A stretch of 38,856 bases of DNA from IMG/VR virus record IMGVR_UViG_3300027774_000003, positions 1-38,856 of that record, one strand, 5' to 3'. Numbering within the stretch: the stretch's first letter is position 1; each line of letters begins with the position of its first letter. Below the pieces are notes generated by a model. It saw nothing but the letters and a program-made list of their open reading frames with translations, was not told the origin of the DNA and ran no database searches. The stretch comes from a virus. Taxonomy: Duplodnaviria > Caudoviricetes. A program made the position numbers and the translations under genes. Positions 26,551 to 36,236 of this stretch are shown here, one piece after another.

Positions 26551-26635
26551 CTGGTATAGTGAATATGAGTTAGCATATGTTAGGATGTTAAAGAAAGCAA
26601 GAAAAGCAATTAAACTACCACACAAACCAGAATAG
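26495..26635 (+). CDS. Small basic protein (46 aa)
   Basis: Manual: MKDKKAIKKLIKRAKKHPDWYSEYELAYVRMLKKARKAIKLPHKPE. Confidence 0.7.
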   Translation: MKDKKAIKKLIKRAKKHPDWYSEYELAYVRMLKKARKAIKLPHKPE

Positions 26636-26636
26636 A

Positions 26637-28106
26637 ATGCGTATTGTTATCGTTGGAGGTGGCACGTCAGGTTGGATGACTGCCGCCGCTTTTTGTAAAA
26701 CATTTCCTACATGGGACATCACACTGATCAATGGTGGTGATGCCATTGGAGTGGGCGAAAGCACTACGCCACACATCAATCAGTATCTCTCTTATATGGG
26801 TATCACTGATGATGTATTCCTTCCTGCAGCACGAGCAACCTTCAAATCTTCTTCTAGGTTTGATGGTTTCGTTAAGGAGGGTGAAGTATTCCATTATCCT
26901 AATGGACAATCTGTTATACAAACAGTAAAATTTCAAGAGTGGATGCTCGCTAAAGCATTTCATCCAGACAACCTACCTCCTTTCTCTGAGGTATTCATGC
27001 CATTCGTTACAGTGGCAGAGTCAGGGCGACTCCCACTAAATAGAGATATTCTAGAGCCATATGACCTTGCAAAAGACAGATCGTTTCACATCAACGGAGC
27101 AGCATTCTCTACATTCCTTCGAGAAACTTTTTGTCAGAATCTTAAGGTGGTTGATAGTAAAGTTAAGTCTGTTGCTACTAAGGGAAGAGACATCGAGCAT
27201 GTCTTGGTCACAGGTGGACCACACACGCAAGGGGCAGAAAAGATTTTTGGTGATCTCTTTATCGACTGTAGTGGGCAGCAAGCAGTGCTCTCAGGATCGC
27301 TTAGCAAGTGGAAACCATTCTCGTCAATCATAAATGATAGGGCACTTGTAGTTAAGACTGACTACACTAACCGTGAAGAAGAGATGGTCCCCTATACCAA
27401 CGCCAAAGCAATGAGTGCTGGTTGGCAGTGGACTATTCCCACCTATGATTTCATTAGTAGAGGGTATGTATTCTCCTCACAGTTTCAGAGTGAAGATGAT
27501 GCCCGTAAAGAATTTGGTTACGATGACGCACGTTTAATCTCATTTGAGAATGGTAGACACGAGAGGGCATGGACAGCTAACTGTGTGTCCATCGGACTCT
27601 CATTTGGATTCATCGAACCGTTAGAATCTACAAGTCTTTTCAACACACACCATGGTATCCTTGCTCTCATGGACCTCCTACAGGAGGGATCCTTGCCTGG
27701 TCAATTCCAGCGTGATCGTTTCAATCACAATCTCGCTGAGCACATGGATGGATGGCGTGAGTTTGTAGAGGCACACTATTATTATAGTCGTCGCCGTGAT
27801 ACACCATACTGGAATCACATTAGCAATGGTATCGAGTATGATCTCACTGGCACCCACGAAGTCATTCAGTATATTATGAATGGCAACGAACCCATTACAC
27901 ACGGTGGCACACCAGTCCTCCACATTCTTGCAGGATCTGGTTATACTACTGTCAACAAGCGCCTTACTGAATACTTCAGGTATCCAGAGCTTGTTACTCG
28001 TCGCAAAGTCGATGAGTGGGCATACAAGCACCAACGTGTGCTAGAGTATGCCGAGACATGTCCCCCCATGTCAGTTTTCTTAGAGTCTACCTTCAACTAC
28101 ACTTGA
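26637..28106 (+). CDS. Flavin-dependent halogenase (tryptophan halogenase/PrnA family)
   Basis: GGGTSG, IGVGEST, ATFK (catalytic Lys position), WQWTIP, FIEPLEST. Confidence 0.93.
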   Translation: MRIVIVGGGTSGWMTAAAFCKTFPTWDITLINGGDAIGVGESTTPHINQYLSYMGITDDVFLPAARATFKSSSRFDGFVKEGEVFHYPNGQSVIQTVKFQEWMLAKAFHPDNLPPFSEVFMPFVTVAESGRLPLNRDILEPYDLAKDRSFHINGAAFSTFLRETFCQNLKVVDSKVKSVATKGRDIEHVLVTGGPHTQGAEKIFGDLFIDCSGQQAVLSGSLSKWKPFSSIINDRALVVKTDYTNREEEMVPYTNAKAMSAGWQWTIPTYDFISRGYVFSSQFQSEDDARKEFGYDDARLISFENGRHERAWTANCVSIGLSFGFIEPLESTSLFNTHHGILALMDLLQEGSLPGQFQRDRFNHNLAEHMDGWREFVEAHYYYSRRRDTPYWNHISNGIEYDLTGTHEVIQYIMNGNEPITHGGTPVLHILAGSGYTTVNKRLTEYFRYPELVTRRKVDEWAYKHQRVLEYAETCPPMSVFLESTFNYT

Positions 28107-28157
28107 CAAGATTCGGAAAACCCTATATAGTAAGTTGACTTTACAAAAAGTCACACT
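28103..28157 (+). promoter_or_regulatory. psbA sigma70-like promoter with HLR1-like repeat
   Basis: TTGACA-17 nt-TATAGT; TTTACAAA-AA-GTCACACT. Confidence 0.65.
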
Positions 28158-28275
28158 TGACGCCTCACCGAGACTAAACAGCGTCATTAAATAACAGTCT
28201 CTCATACCTACACTGGAGGGTGGTGTAGGAATACTTACCCCAGTGCATACCCCGCACTTATACTTACCCTAAACT
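28158..28275 (+). ncRNA. PhotoRC-II-like structured psbA leader RNA
   Basis: GAGACT...AGTCTC pairing; CCTACAC..GAGGG..GTGTAGG hairpin; AGTGC..ccc..GCACT hairpin; typical cyanophage psbA 5' UTR. Confidence 0.7.
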
Positions 28276-28278
28276 AAA

Positions 28279-29355
28279 ATGACTACACTTTCACGTCAAA
28301 CGCGATCCTCTAATTGGGAATCGTTCTGCGAGTGGGTCACAAGCACAAACAACCGTCTCTATGTTGGTTGGTTTGGCGTCTTGATGATTCCTACACTGCT
28401 CGCAGCTGCTACATGCTTCATTGTTGCATTTATCGCTGCCCCTGCTGTGGACATCGATGGAATTAGAGAACCAGTTGCTGGCTCTCTCATGTATGGAAAC
28501 AACATCATCTCTGGTGCTGTTGTCCCTTCTTCAAATGCAATCGGTCTACACTTCTACCCCATCTGGGAAGCTGCTTCTCTTGATGAATGGTTGTATAACG
28601 GTGGTCCTTACCAACTCGTTGTCTTCCACTTCTTGATTGGCATCTCTGCTTACCTTGGAAGACAGTGGGAATTGTCCTACCGTCTCGGTATGCGTCCTTG
28701 GATCTGCGTTGCTTACAGCGCACCTGTGTCTGCTGCTATGGCAGTATTCCTTGTGTATCCTTTCGGTCAAGGATCCTTCTCTGATGGTATGCCTCTTGGT
28801 ATTTCAGGTACATTCAACTTCATGTTTGTATTCCAAGCAGAGCACAACATTCTGATGCACCCATTCCATATGCTTGGAGTTGCTGGTGTTTTCGGAGGGA
28901 GTCTCTTCTCCGCAATGCATGGTTCTCTAGTTACTTCTTCACTCATTCGTGAAACCACTGAGTCTGAATCTCAGAATTATGGTTACAAGTTTGGTCAAGA
29001 AGAAGAGACCTACAACATCGTTGCCGCACACGGTTACTTCGGTCGCCTTATCTTCCAATACGCTTCATTCAACAACTCAAGAAGTCTTCACTTCTTCCTT
29101 GCTGCATGGCCTGTGGTTGGTATTTGGGCAGCATCTATGGGTGTCAGCACTATGGCATTCAACCTCAACGGATTCAACTTCAACCAGTCTGTCCTAGACA
29201 ACTCTGGTAAAGTGGTCCCTAGTTGGGCAGATGTCCTCAACCGTGCTAACCTCGGTATGGAAGTAATGCACGAGCGCAACGCTCACAACTTCCCATTAGA
29301 CCTCGCTGCTGCTGAAAGCACACCAGTTGCTTTGACTGCACCTGCGATTGGTTGA
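28279..29355 (+). CDS. psbA: Photosystem II D1 protein (Q130 form, no intron)
   Basis: [33 protein letters not shown]. Confidence 0.99.
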   Translation: MTTLSRQTRSSNWESFCEWVTSTNNRLYVGWFGVLMIPTLLAAATCFIVAFIAAPAVDIDGIREPVAGSLMYGNNIISGAVVPSSNAIGLHFYPIWEAASLDEWLYNGGPYQLVVFHFLIGISAYLGRQWELSYRLGMRPWICVAYSAPVSAAMAVFLVYPFGQGSFSDGMPLGISGTFNFMFVFQAEHNILMHPFHMLGVAGVFGGSLFSAMHGSLVTSSLIRETTESESQNYGYKFGQEEETYNIVAAHGYFGRLIFQYASFNNSRSLHFFLAAWPVVGIWAASMGVSTMAFNLNGFNFNQSVLDNSGKVVPSWADVLNRANLGMEVMHERNAHNFPLDLAAAESTPVALTAPAIG

Positions 29356-29381
29356 TATCTAGATCAGTTACATACAATTTG

Positions 29382-29412
29382 GAAAGGGACCTTAGGGTCC
29401 CTTTTCTTTTTC
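29382..29412 (+). terminator. Rho-independent terminator after psbA
   Basis: AAAGGGACC-ttag-GGTCCCTTT followed by a T-run. Confidence 0.85.
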
Positions 29413-29449
29413 ATATTTTCAATGAAGTTTAGTAAAAGGTTAAATAATA

Positions 29450-30505
29450 ATGGTTGCATCTACATTACAACCGACACAACGGGGGTGGTTTGATGTCCTT
29501 GACGACTGGCTTAAACGAGATCGCTTTATCTTTGTGGGTTGGTCTGGACTATTACTTTTTCCCACTGCTTATCTTGCCATTGGTGGTTGGCTCACTGGCA
29601 CGACTTTTGTCACGAGTTGGTATACCCATGGTCTTGCTACTTCCTATCTTGAGGGTGCTAATTTTCTTACAGCGGCTGTCTCGACGCCTGCTGACGCTAT
29701 GGGTCATTCTCTTCTTCTACTTTGGGGTCCAGAAGCTCAGGGTAGTTTCATCAGGTGGTGTCAACTTGGAGGGCTTTGGTCCTTTGTTGCTCTCCACGGT
29801 GCATTCTCTCTGATTGGTTTCATGCTCCGCCAATTTGAATTGGCACGTCTAGTAGGTATTCGTCCTTACAATGCTATTGCTTTCAGTGGTCCTATTGCTG
29901 TCTTTGTCAGTGTGTTTCTCATCTACCCACTCGGACAATCCTCATGGTTCTTCGCTCCCTCCTTCGGAGTAGCAGCGATCTTCAGATTCCTTTTGTTTCT
30001 ACAAGGATTTCATAACTGGACACTCAATCCATTTCACATGATGGGTGTTGCAGGTATTCTGGGAGGAGCACTTCTTTCCGCTATCCACGGAGTCACAGTT
30101 GAAAACACTCTGTTTGAAGACGGTGAGCAGAATACCACCTTTGGTGGTTTTGAGCCCACGCAAGACGAGGAGACTTATTCGATGGTTACTGCGAATCGAT
30201 ACTGGTCACAGATTTTCGGTATTGCTTTTAGTAACAAGCGTTGGTTGCATTTCTTTATGCTCTTTGTGCCCGTCATGGGTCTCTGGACATCTAGCATCGG
30301 CATCATTGGACTTGCTCTTAATCTTCGTGCTTATGACTTTGTATCTCAAGAGATTCGTGCGGCGGAAGATCCAGAGTTTGAGACTTTCTATACTAAGAAT
30401 ATTCTCTTGAATGAAGGTCTTCGTGCATGGTTGGCACCAGTTGATCAACCTCATGAGTCCTTTGTGTTTCCTGAGGAAGTCCTTCCTAGAGGTAACGCAC
30501 TGTGA
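29450..30505 (+). CDS. psbD: Photosystem II D2 protein
   Basis: [32 protein letters not shown]. Confidence 0.99.
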   Translation: MVASTLQPTQRGWFDVLDDWLKRDRFIFVGWSGLLLFPTAYLAIGGWLTGTTFVTSWYTHGLATSYLEGANFLTAAVSTPADAMGHSLLLLWGPEAQGSFIRWCQLGGLWSFVALHGAFSLIGFMLRQFELARLVGIRPYNAIAFSGPIAVFVSVFLIYPLGQSSWFFAPSFGVAAIFRFLLFLQGFHNWTLNPFHMMGVAGILGGALLSAIHGVTVENTLFEDGEQNTTFGGFEPTQDEETYSMVTANRYWSQIFGIAFSNKRWLHFFMLFVPVMGLWTSSIGIIGLALNLRAYDFVSQEIRAAEDPEFETFYTKNILLNEGLRAWLAPVDQPHESFVFPEEVLPRGNAL

Positions 30506-30612
30506 TCCAGTTTGCACTCGGATTAGTTGTCGGGTATCTAATTACCCGACTCATCATTACCATCTATAAAACGTCTAGAATTTTATATGAAAACTTCAGA
30601 CACATGTCATGA
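30502..30612 (+). CDS. Small single-TM protein (36 aa)
   Basis: Manual: GTG start, [36 protein letters not shown]; GTGA overlap with the psbD stop. Confidence 0.5.
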   Translation: MIQFALGLVVGYLITRLIITIYKTSRILYENFRHMS

Positions 30613-30715
30613 ATCAAATACCATACCAAGGTGGTTGTGGGTAATGGCATCAACACTATTATTCTTCACTGTTATTTGTTTCTTAATTATGTTTGCTGGT
30701 ATGGTTTATGGCTAA
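30587..30715 (+). CDS. Small single-TM protein (42 aa)
   Basis: Manual: [42 protein letters not shown]. Confidence 0.55.
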   Translation: MKTSDTCHESNTIPRWLWVMASTLLFFTVICFLIMFAGMVYG

Positions 30716-30721
30716 ATAGAA

Positions 30722-30807
30722 TGTATCGTCGCCGCCGCCGATGTGGATGGCAAAATCCATCAAACACATCACACTAAATAGAGGAGCAGCACACGCTCCT
30801 CTTTTTT
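30722..30807 (+). ncRNA. Candidate small structured RNA
   Basis: Between late promoter CTAAATA (30712) and a terminator; GATGTG-GATGG-caaaat-CCATC-aaa-CACATC hairpin. Confidence 0.45.
30780..30807 (+). terminator. Rho-independent terminator
   Basis: AGAGGAGC-agcacac-GCTCCTCT followed by TTTTT. Confidence 0.8.
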
Positions 30808-30808
30808 A

Positions 30809-33800
30809 ATGTCTGAGCATATTCGTAATCTAGTTGCTCGTTGTTACAACGTGACTGGTCCTATCGGTCTAGAGCCTAACGCTCTCGATGGGCAGAATCC
30901 TGCGAGTGAATTTTCCCCTGCATCTGCATCCTCGTCTGGTCCTGTGCAGTCACAGACACCTGCAGAAGTCATTCAAAATTTGGTTGGTAGATGTTATGGT
31001 CCCACTGCGGTGCCAAACCAACCTAACCCTCTGGACTCTCTCAATATTCCAGAGCGTCCTGAAGCTCCATCGGCACCTGAAGTGCCTACACCTAATCAGG
31101 TTATTCAAAATCTGGTTGGTCGATGCTACCCTGATTTACCACCACCACAACCACCACGTCCACCTGACGATCTACCTGACCTACCTACTATCGTTACTAT
31201 TGATCCAATCATTTGTTTCATACAGGATCAATTAGGTCTTGAGTTGCCTGGCATTAACTGCGGCAATGACATTGTGATCAAGTGGCCCACGCCTGATGAA
31301 CCTGATGGTCCTTGGATCTCTACTGGTGATGATGACTGTAAGCGTGTTGTTGAGTTAAGAATTCGTGGCAAACTAAAAGATCTTGGTAATGGATTCTGGA
31401 AAGTAATTGGTAGTGACCCTGAAGAAATTTTATATTGCGACACTGAAAGAGGTGGTGCTATTGAATGGGAGAGGTGCGTCAGAAATACTCTGGCATGTAC
31501 ATTCAAACCATACTTAGGTGGTGGTTGGACACCCGCTAAGACTGACTGCGAAGGGTATCACCCTCGTGGATGGTCTGCTAACAAGACTGAAGTTTGTATT
31601 AAGAATTGCTTCCCTGAGAGAGTCCCTGTTTATGAATCTCAGAATGGTGGAGAATATAATTATCACACTGAAATCTCTGGTCCTTCAGGATATACTCTGA
31701 CACATGCTGAGCCTGCATTCTGGATATTAAAAGGTAAGTTACCTGGCATGGCAGGTGGCACTGGTATTAACGTTGAGTTAATTACTAATGGCGCAGCAGG
31801 ATTTGGAAACGAGGAGAATAATCCACCAATTAAAAACACTGACCGTCAAGGTAACGGTAATGGAAACTGGATCTTCAATGAAGGTGGTGCTGCGTTTTGG
31901 TATGATGGTAACGACCATGGTCTACCTGATGGTAATGCTGTTACAGGAGACACTGCACAACATACTATTAGATTTGGTAGAGCAGTTATTAACTTTGAAG
32001 TTAGACCCATCTATAGAATTCAAGATGGTGATGTAAAAGATATTGATAGCGAATGGAGAGTAACATCTTGGACAGGCACACTACCTGAGTCTGGTATTGA
32101 GATTCCTTTCTCATTCATGCCTAAGCAAAATGGAAAGGACGGGCAGAAACAATTAACTATTAAGGTAATTATCCTTGGACCTGAGAGTAGAGAAAAGGTA
32201 GTGCCTCTCTTCAAATATAGAGGTAGTCCACTTGATTATTTCTTGACTACTAATCCTGGCGCTCCTGACACAGAGGGTGCTGGTGAAAGAAGCACTATGA
32301 ATGCCGCTGGTATGGTCTTCCATAGTGTCCTAGGGTATGTCTTCCAACGTAAGAGTGATGGTATCTCTTTCATACATGACAAAGAGCGTTTGTGGGCACT
32401 CCATCGTTTCTATAATCCTTCCACTGCTGACCATAGATATACGATTGATCCTCAGAATAATACTATTCCACAGAGAGTCTCACGGAGTAGATTTGCATAC
32501 CGTATACCTCAGAAGATTACTAATGCTTTGACTATCCGCATGGATGTGGAGAAAGGTAAGGCAGGATATGATAATGCATTTGGTTTCTACCTAGCAGATA
32601 GCAGTGGTCCTAAGTGGGGCAAGATTGTTGTGCCTAGTGCTAAGAATGCTGCACAGGGTGGTGGTAACGAGACTAGCACCATTGTGCTGAGCACATCTGA
32701 GTTGCAAGCATATGCTGGTGGCACCATGGGATTCTTCCTGTTGTCTGATGGTGCAAATCAGAATAGTTTGAGTGTCAACCAAACGTTTACCATAAGCTCT
32801 CACTCTAGTGGTTATGGTCCTGGTTTCAGAGGCAATGGTATTGATACTAAGGAAAATGATTATGTGCTCTTCTCAGATAAGGAATGGAATCCTGAAGATA
32901 AGAAAGACTACACCAAGTGGAAGGGTCCTAACAAACAGATGTGGGAAGACCTTATCGATGGTGACGATGACTATGATGATCTAATTCTCTGGCATACTGT
33001 AGAGTTTACTGCTTATCCTGGTTATGTATACGAAGGTATACAGTGCTGGGTGTATGCAGATGATAGACCAGCGCCTGTCATGATGAAGATTGATTTGTCT
33101 AATCCATGTGATCCTCAGGCATTTACGAAAAGTTTTAAGGACGTTGTGTTGCAACGTCAAGAGTGTGGTAACTTTGCACCGCTTGTGTTTGGTGAGTGGG
33201 ATGAAAACAATGAGTGTGGTAAATGCACAGGTGCTTACACAGTCTCACAAGGACGTGACCAAACTATTACTACGATCACAGGTGGTAACTTTAGAGTTAA
33301 ATCTTTTGGTGGTATTACTGGTGGTAGCACAGGTGATTGCATCAGATTCAAAATGCGAATGCAGAAGAATGGAAGCACGATATTTTCCTCGCGGTATGAT
33401 GCTGGATCATGGCCGAGTATTGGGCAAGACCTCTATGATAACGTCATTTCACTCTCCGCTGGAGACAAACTTAACTTCAGATTGGAGGACATTATTACTG
33501 GTCCTCCTACAGGTAGTATCACACCATACGTTGCTCTATGGAATGTAGATACAGGTAAGTTTGAAATGAATTGGGGTCTGCAGTTGACTACAGCAGCAGG
33601 TGACACACCACTCAGTCCTAGGATGATGTCAAACCCTGAGTTACCTAGTATTGCTTCAAACTCTGGAGCAATTCAAGGATTTGATATGCAATTCTATCCA
33701 TCCTACGGATCTCAGATCAATGCCAAAGCAGATGGTAAACTAAGAGCAGGTAGTTACAGTGGTGATGCATGGCATCAGACTTCTAGAGATAATAAGAAGT

Positions 33801-34783
33801 CCTCTGGTCCTAAGCAAGCATCTACTAAGGTGTATGAAAGCAACGCAAGGGTGTCCATGCATGGTTTGCTACAGAGCAATCCTGAAGTCTTGGGTGGTGC
33901 GGATAGAGATACTTTCAACCCATTGATACCTAACATTACCAATGGATATATCGACACAGGTTATCCTGAGGATCCCTCAAGTGAATATCAGAGTGGAGAC
34001 TTCAAAGGTTATCGCATTCAGGTGCTGGGTGGTGACTACGGTGATCTATTAAGAAGACATCTGATCACACGCTTCGATGAAGTTGGTGGCACATTTGCAC
34101 AGCGTGGACAGTTTATTGGTAACGCTCCTGTTTGTTTTGCTAGGAAAGAAAAACCATGGTATGAAGTTGCTAACGTCAGGGCAGCAGCGGCGTCAACATT
34201 TGATGGGTCAACAAATAATCCACAGACATTTGACTTCTTCAATGCAAACACATTCATTCAGGATTATTATCTTGATGGCAGTGAGTTTGAGAATGATGCA
34301 GTATATGATCTAGCATCAGCGACTGCAGTGCAAGCAAAGGTTAGGATTGCGTTTACCTTCTACTCCACCAAGGCAATCCCTAACGAGGAGGGTAAGGCAG
34401 AAGGCGGGTCTTCCAACCCCGAGAGGTGGTTGTGTGCCATCACCCTCCTAGAAGTGCTACAGGCGGGCATAGGATACTCTGAGGGACAGGAGTTTGATCT
34501 CTACTGGCCACCCAAGAGATATAATCCTGGTGAGCAGTCCATTGATGCTGCATACAATGCAATGGAAGACGAAAACACGTCACCATACTACCCAGACATG
34601 GAGGGTAACTTCAAACTGCCTCGTAAACTTGCTGCCTTCTACGAGAAGAGTCAGCAGAAGAGAGCAGCGAAAGAAGCATTCTATCAAGAGTCACATAACA
34701 AAAACTCACCAGTATGGTATACTAGCTCTGATAGAGACAAACATCGTGTCAAATTCAAACTAATCATCACACAAACAACTTAA
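30809..34783 (+). CDS. Large probable virion structural protein (Pro-rich repeats, DUF4114-like domain)
   Basis: 1324 aa; three I.NLV.RCY repeats; AGYDNAFGFY...WEDLIDGDDDYDDL; LHRFYN...DHRYT repeat; late promoter at 30774. Confidence 0.75.
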   Translation: MSEHIRNLVARCYNVTGPIGLEPNALDGQNPASEFSPASASSSGPVQSQTPAEVIQNLVGRCYGPTAVPNQPNPLDSLNIPERPEAPSAPEVPTPNQVIQNLVGRCYPDLPPPQPPRPPDDLPDLPTIVTIDPIICFIQDQLGLELPGINCGNDIVIKWPTPDEPDGPWISTGDDDCKRVVELRIRGKLKDLGNGFWKVIGSDPEEILYCDTERGGAIEWERCVRNTLACTFKPYLGGGWTPAKTDCEGYHPRGWSANKTEVCIKNCFPERVPVYESQNGGEYNYHTEISGPSGYTLTHAEPAFWILKGKLPGMAGGTGINVELITNGAAGFGNEENNPPIKNTDRQGNGNGNWIFNEGGAAFWYDGNDHGLPDGNAVTGDTAQHTIRFGRAVINFEVRPIYRIQDGDVKDIDSEWRVTSWTGTLPESGIEIPFSFMPKQNGKDGQKQLTIKVIILGPESREKVVPLFKYRGSPLDYFLTTNPGAPDTEGAGERSTMNAAGMVFHSVLGYVFQRKSDGISFIHDKERLWALHRFYNPSTADHRYTIDPQNNTIPQRVSRSRFAYRIPQKITNALTIRMDVEKGKAGYDNAFGFYLADSSGPKWGKIVVPSAKNAAQGGGNETSTIVLSTSELQAYAGGTMGFFLLSDGANQNSLSVNQTFTISSHSSGYGPGFRGNGIDTKENDYVLFSDKEWNPEDKKDYTKWKGPNKQMWEDLIDGDDDYDDLILWHTVEFTAYPGYVYEGIQCWVYADDRPAPVMMKIDLSNPCDPQAFTKSFKDVVLQRQECGNFAPLVFGEWDENNECGKCTGAYTVSQGRDQTITTITGGNFRVKSFGGITGGSTGDCIRFKMRMQKNGSTIFSSRYDAGSWPSIGQDLYDNVISLSAGDKLNFRLEDIITGPPTGSITPYVALWNVDTGKFEMNWGLQLTTAAGDTPLSPRMMSNPELPSIASNSGAIQGFDMQFYPSYGSQINAKADGKLRAGSYSGDAWHQTSRDNKKSSGPKQASTKVYESNARVSMHGLLQSNPEVLGGADRDTFNPLIPNITNGYIDTGYPEDPSSEYQSGDFKGYRIQVLGGDYGDLLRRHLITRFDEVGGTFAQRGQFIGNAPVCFARKEKPWYEVANVRAAAASTFDGSTNNPQTFDFFNANTFIQDYYLDGSEFENDAVYDLASATAVQAKVRIAFTFYSTKAIPNEEGKAEGGSSNPERWLCAITLLEVLQAGIGYSEGQEFDLYWPPKRYNPGEQSIDAAYNAMEDENTSPYYPDMEGNFKLPRKLAAFYEKSQQKRAAKEAFYQESHNKNSPVWYTSSDRDKHRVKFKLIITQTT

Positions 34784-34785
34784 CT

Positions 34786-35199
34786 ATGGCAGGTTTTGGC
34801 AATGCAAGAGAGGGATGGGCGGAGAGATCCATGGAAAAAACATCCCGTGAGTTGAGAGCACTCAGAAAGGTCATCGAAAAATACAAGGACGATCCTAAGG
34901 GTCGTAAGAAGATGATGAAGAAGATGCAGAAATACTGGAAGTCTAACCTTTCAGTGGTGCATGGTATGGACAATAAACCTGGCAAGACTCAGGCATTTGG
35001 TGGTGGGTTTGTGCCAGTTGGCATGCTAGAAGATTTGGAGGCAGTCCAGAAAGCAATCGCTCCTGCTGAGGATGCTAAACCTAAAGAAGATATTACAAAT
35101 CCCGAAGAAAATCTAACGACTGGACAAATGTCAGAGATTCGTGATATACTATCTAAGACCAAAGGAGCAGACCATGATCAACCTTCATCAGAAGTATAA
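34786..35199 (+). CDS. Hypothetical protein
   Basis: 137 aa. Confidence 0.75.
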   Translation: MAGFGNAREGWAERSMEKTSRELRALRKVIEKYKDDPKGRKKMMKKMQKYWKSNLSVVHGMDNKPGKTQAFGGGFVPVGMLEDLEAVQKAIAPAEDAKPKEDITNPEENLTTGQMSEIRDILSKTKGADHDQPSSEV

Positions 35200-35392
35200 C
35201 CATTATCTAAACACAGATAAGTTACTCGACTGTGCGGAGGTCCATGAGCGGGTCATCTCTTACGGGTGGACAGATGATGGAAAGGACTTAACTGGATACT
35301 ATGTGTTGACAGAAACCCATGCCTTATACTATGATCTGTCTGAGCAGTTGATCGAGAAGGTTAAGCGTTGTCCAACTGGCACAAGGGCTTGA
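35174..35392 (+). CDS. Hypothetical protein
   Basis: MINLHQKYNHYL...; AAGGAG SD. Confidence 0.75.
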   Translation: MINLHQKYNHYLNTDKLLDCAEVHERVISYGWTDDGKDLTGYYVLTETHALYYDLSEQLIEKVKRCPTGTRA

Positions 35393-35453
35393 CACTTCAA
35401 GATTTTTCTGTTATAAATAACCATTCGTGACTAAGGTTACGGATTGTTACAAA
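35389..35453 (+). promoter_or_regulatory. Dual sigma70/late promoter with HLR1-like repeat
   Basis: TTGACA-17 nt-TATAAA (TGn-extended), whose -10 is also TATAAATA; GTTACGGA-TT-GTTACAAA at 35436-35453. Confidence 0.65.
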
Positions 35454-35531
35454 ATCAATACGGGGACAGTCGAATCCCCTAACATCTGTGGGTAAACACT
35501 CCACAAGAAAAACAAACGAGGTAAAATACCA

Positions 35532-35909
35532 ATGATCAAAACTGCAATCGCAACTCTCGCTGCCACCGCAGCAATCGTGGCACCGTCTGCTGTAATGGCA
35601 GGTCCGTATGTCAACGTCGAAACCAATGCTGGATGGACTGGCGCAGATTACACGGGCGCAAATACAGATTTCCATGTGGGTTACGAGGGTGCTCTTGGTG
35701 AGTCCGCTTCATACTACGTCCAAGGTGGCGCTACTCTGGTTTCCCCTGATGGTGGAGAAAGTGATACTGTCCCTTCTGGTAAAGCAGGTCTGGGTGTCAG
35801 CGTGACTGATGCACTGGGTGCTTACGGTGAAGTTTCTTTCATCGGAAGTGGCGATGACAACATCGACCGTGGATACGGTGCTAAGGCAGGTTTGAAGTAT
35901 TCCTTCTGA
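35532..35909 (+). CDS. Small outer-membrane beta-barrel protein (host-like)
   Basis: Signal peptide ..SAVMA|GPYVNVE; alternating amphipathic strands; C-terminal GLKYSF. Confidence 0.8.
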   Translation: MIKTAIATLAATAAIVAPSAVMAGPYVNVETNAGWTGADYTGANTDFHVGYEGALGESASYYVQGGATLVSPDGGESDTVPSGKAGLGVSVTDALGAYGEVSFIGSGDDNIDRGYGAKAGLKYSF

Positions 35910-35944
35910 TATATAACTTAGACGGAATCTGATGCTCCGCTGAT

Positions 35945-35966
35945 GGGTCCTTCGGGACCCTTTTTT
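35945..35966 (+). terminator. Rho-independent terminator (UUCG loop)
   Basis: GGGTCC-TTCG-GGACCC-TTTTTT. Confidence 0.92.
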
Positions 35967-35987
35967 ATTCACCTCACTCATATTACG

Positions 35988-36236
35988 ATGGCAAAACCTG
36001 GAAACACAGCGATTTACACGAGACCTGGATGCCCTTTCTGCACAAAGATTAAGGAAGTCTATAGAATGAAGGGATACCCCTTTGCAGAATTCACATTAAA
36101 TGTTAACTTTACAAGGGAGCAATTCTATCAAGAGTTTGGTCCTGGTTCTACCTTCCCTCAAGTCTTGATCAATGGACGGAAGATGGGTGGTTGCACCGAA
36201 ACTGTCAAATACCTCAGGGAAAACAACTTACTGTGA
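35988..36236 (+). CDS. nrdC: Glutaredoxin (NrdC-like)
   Basis: CPFC, STFPQV, GGCTET. Confidence 0.92.
   Translation: MAKPGNTAIYTRPGCPFCTKIKEVYRMKGYPFAEFTLNVNFTREQFYQEFGPGSTFPQVLINGRKMGGCTETVKYLRENNLL

Noticed and set aside
28279-30505. Group I intron or homing endonuclease in or next to psbA/psbD
   Set aside because: Both ORFs are continuous and of normal length; the 94-nt gap holds only a terminator
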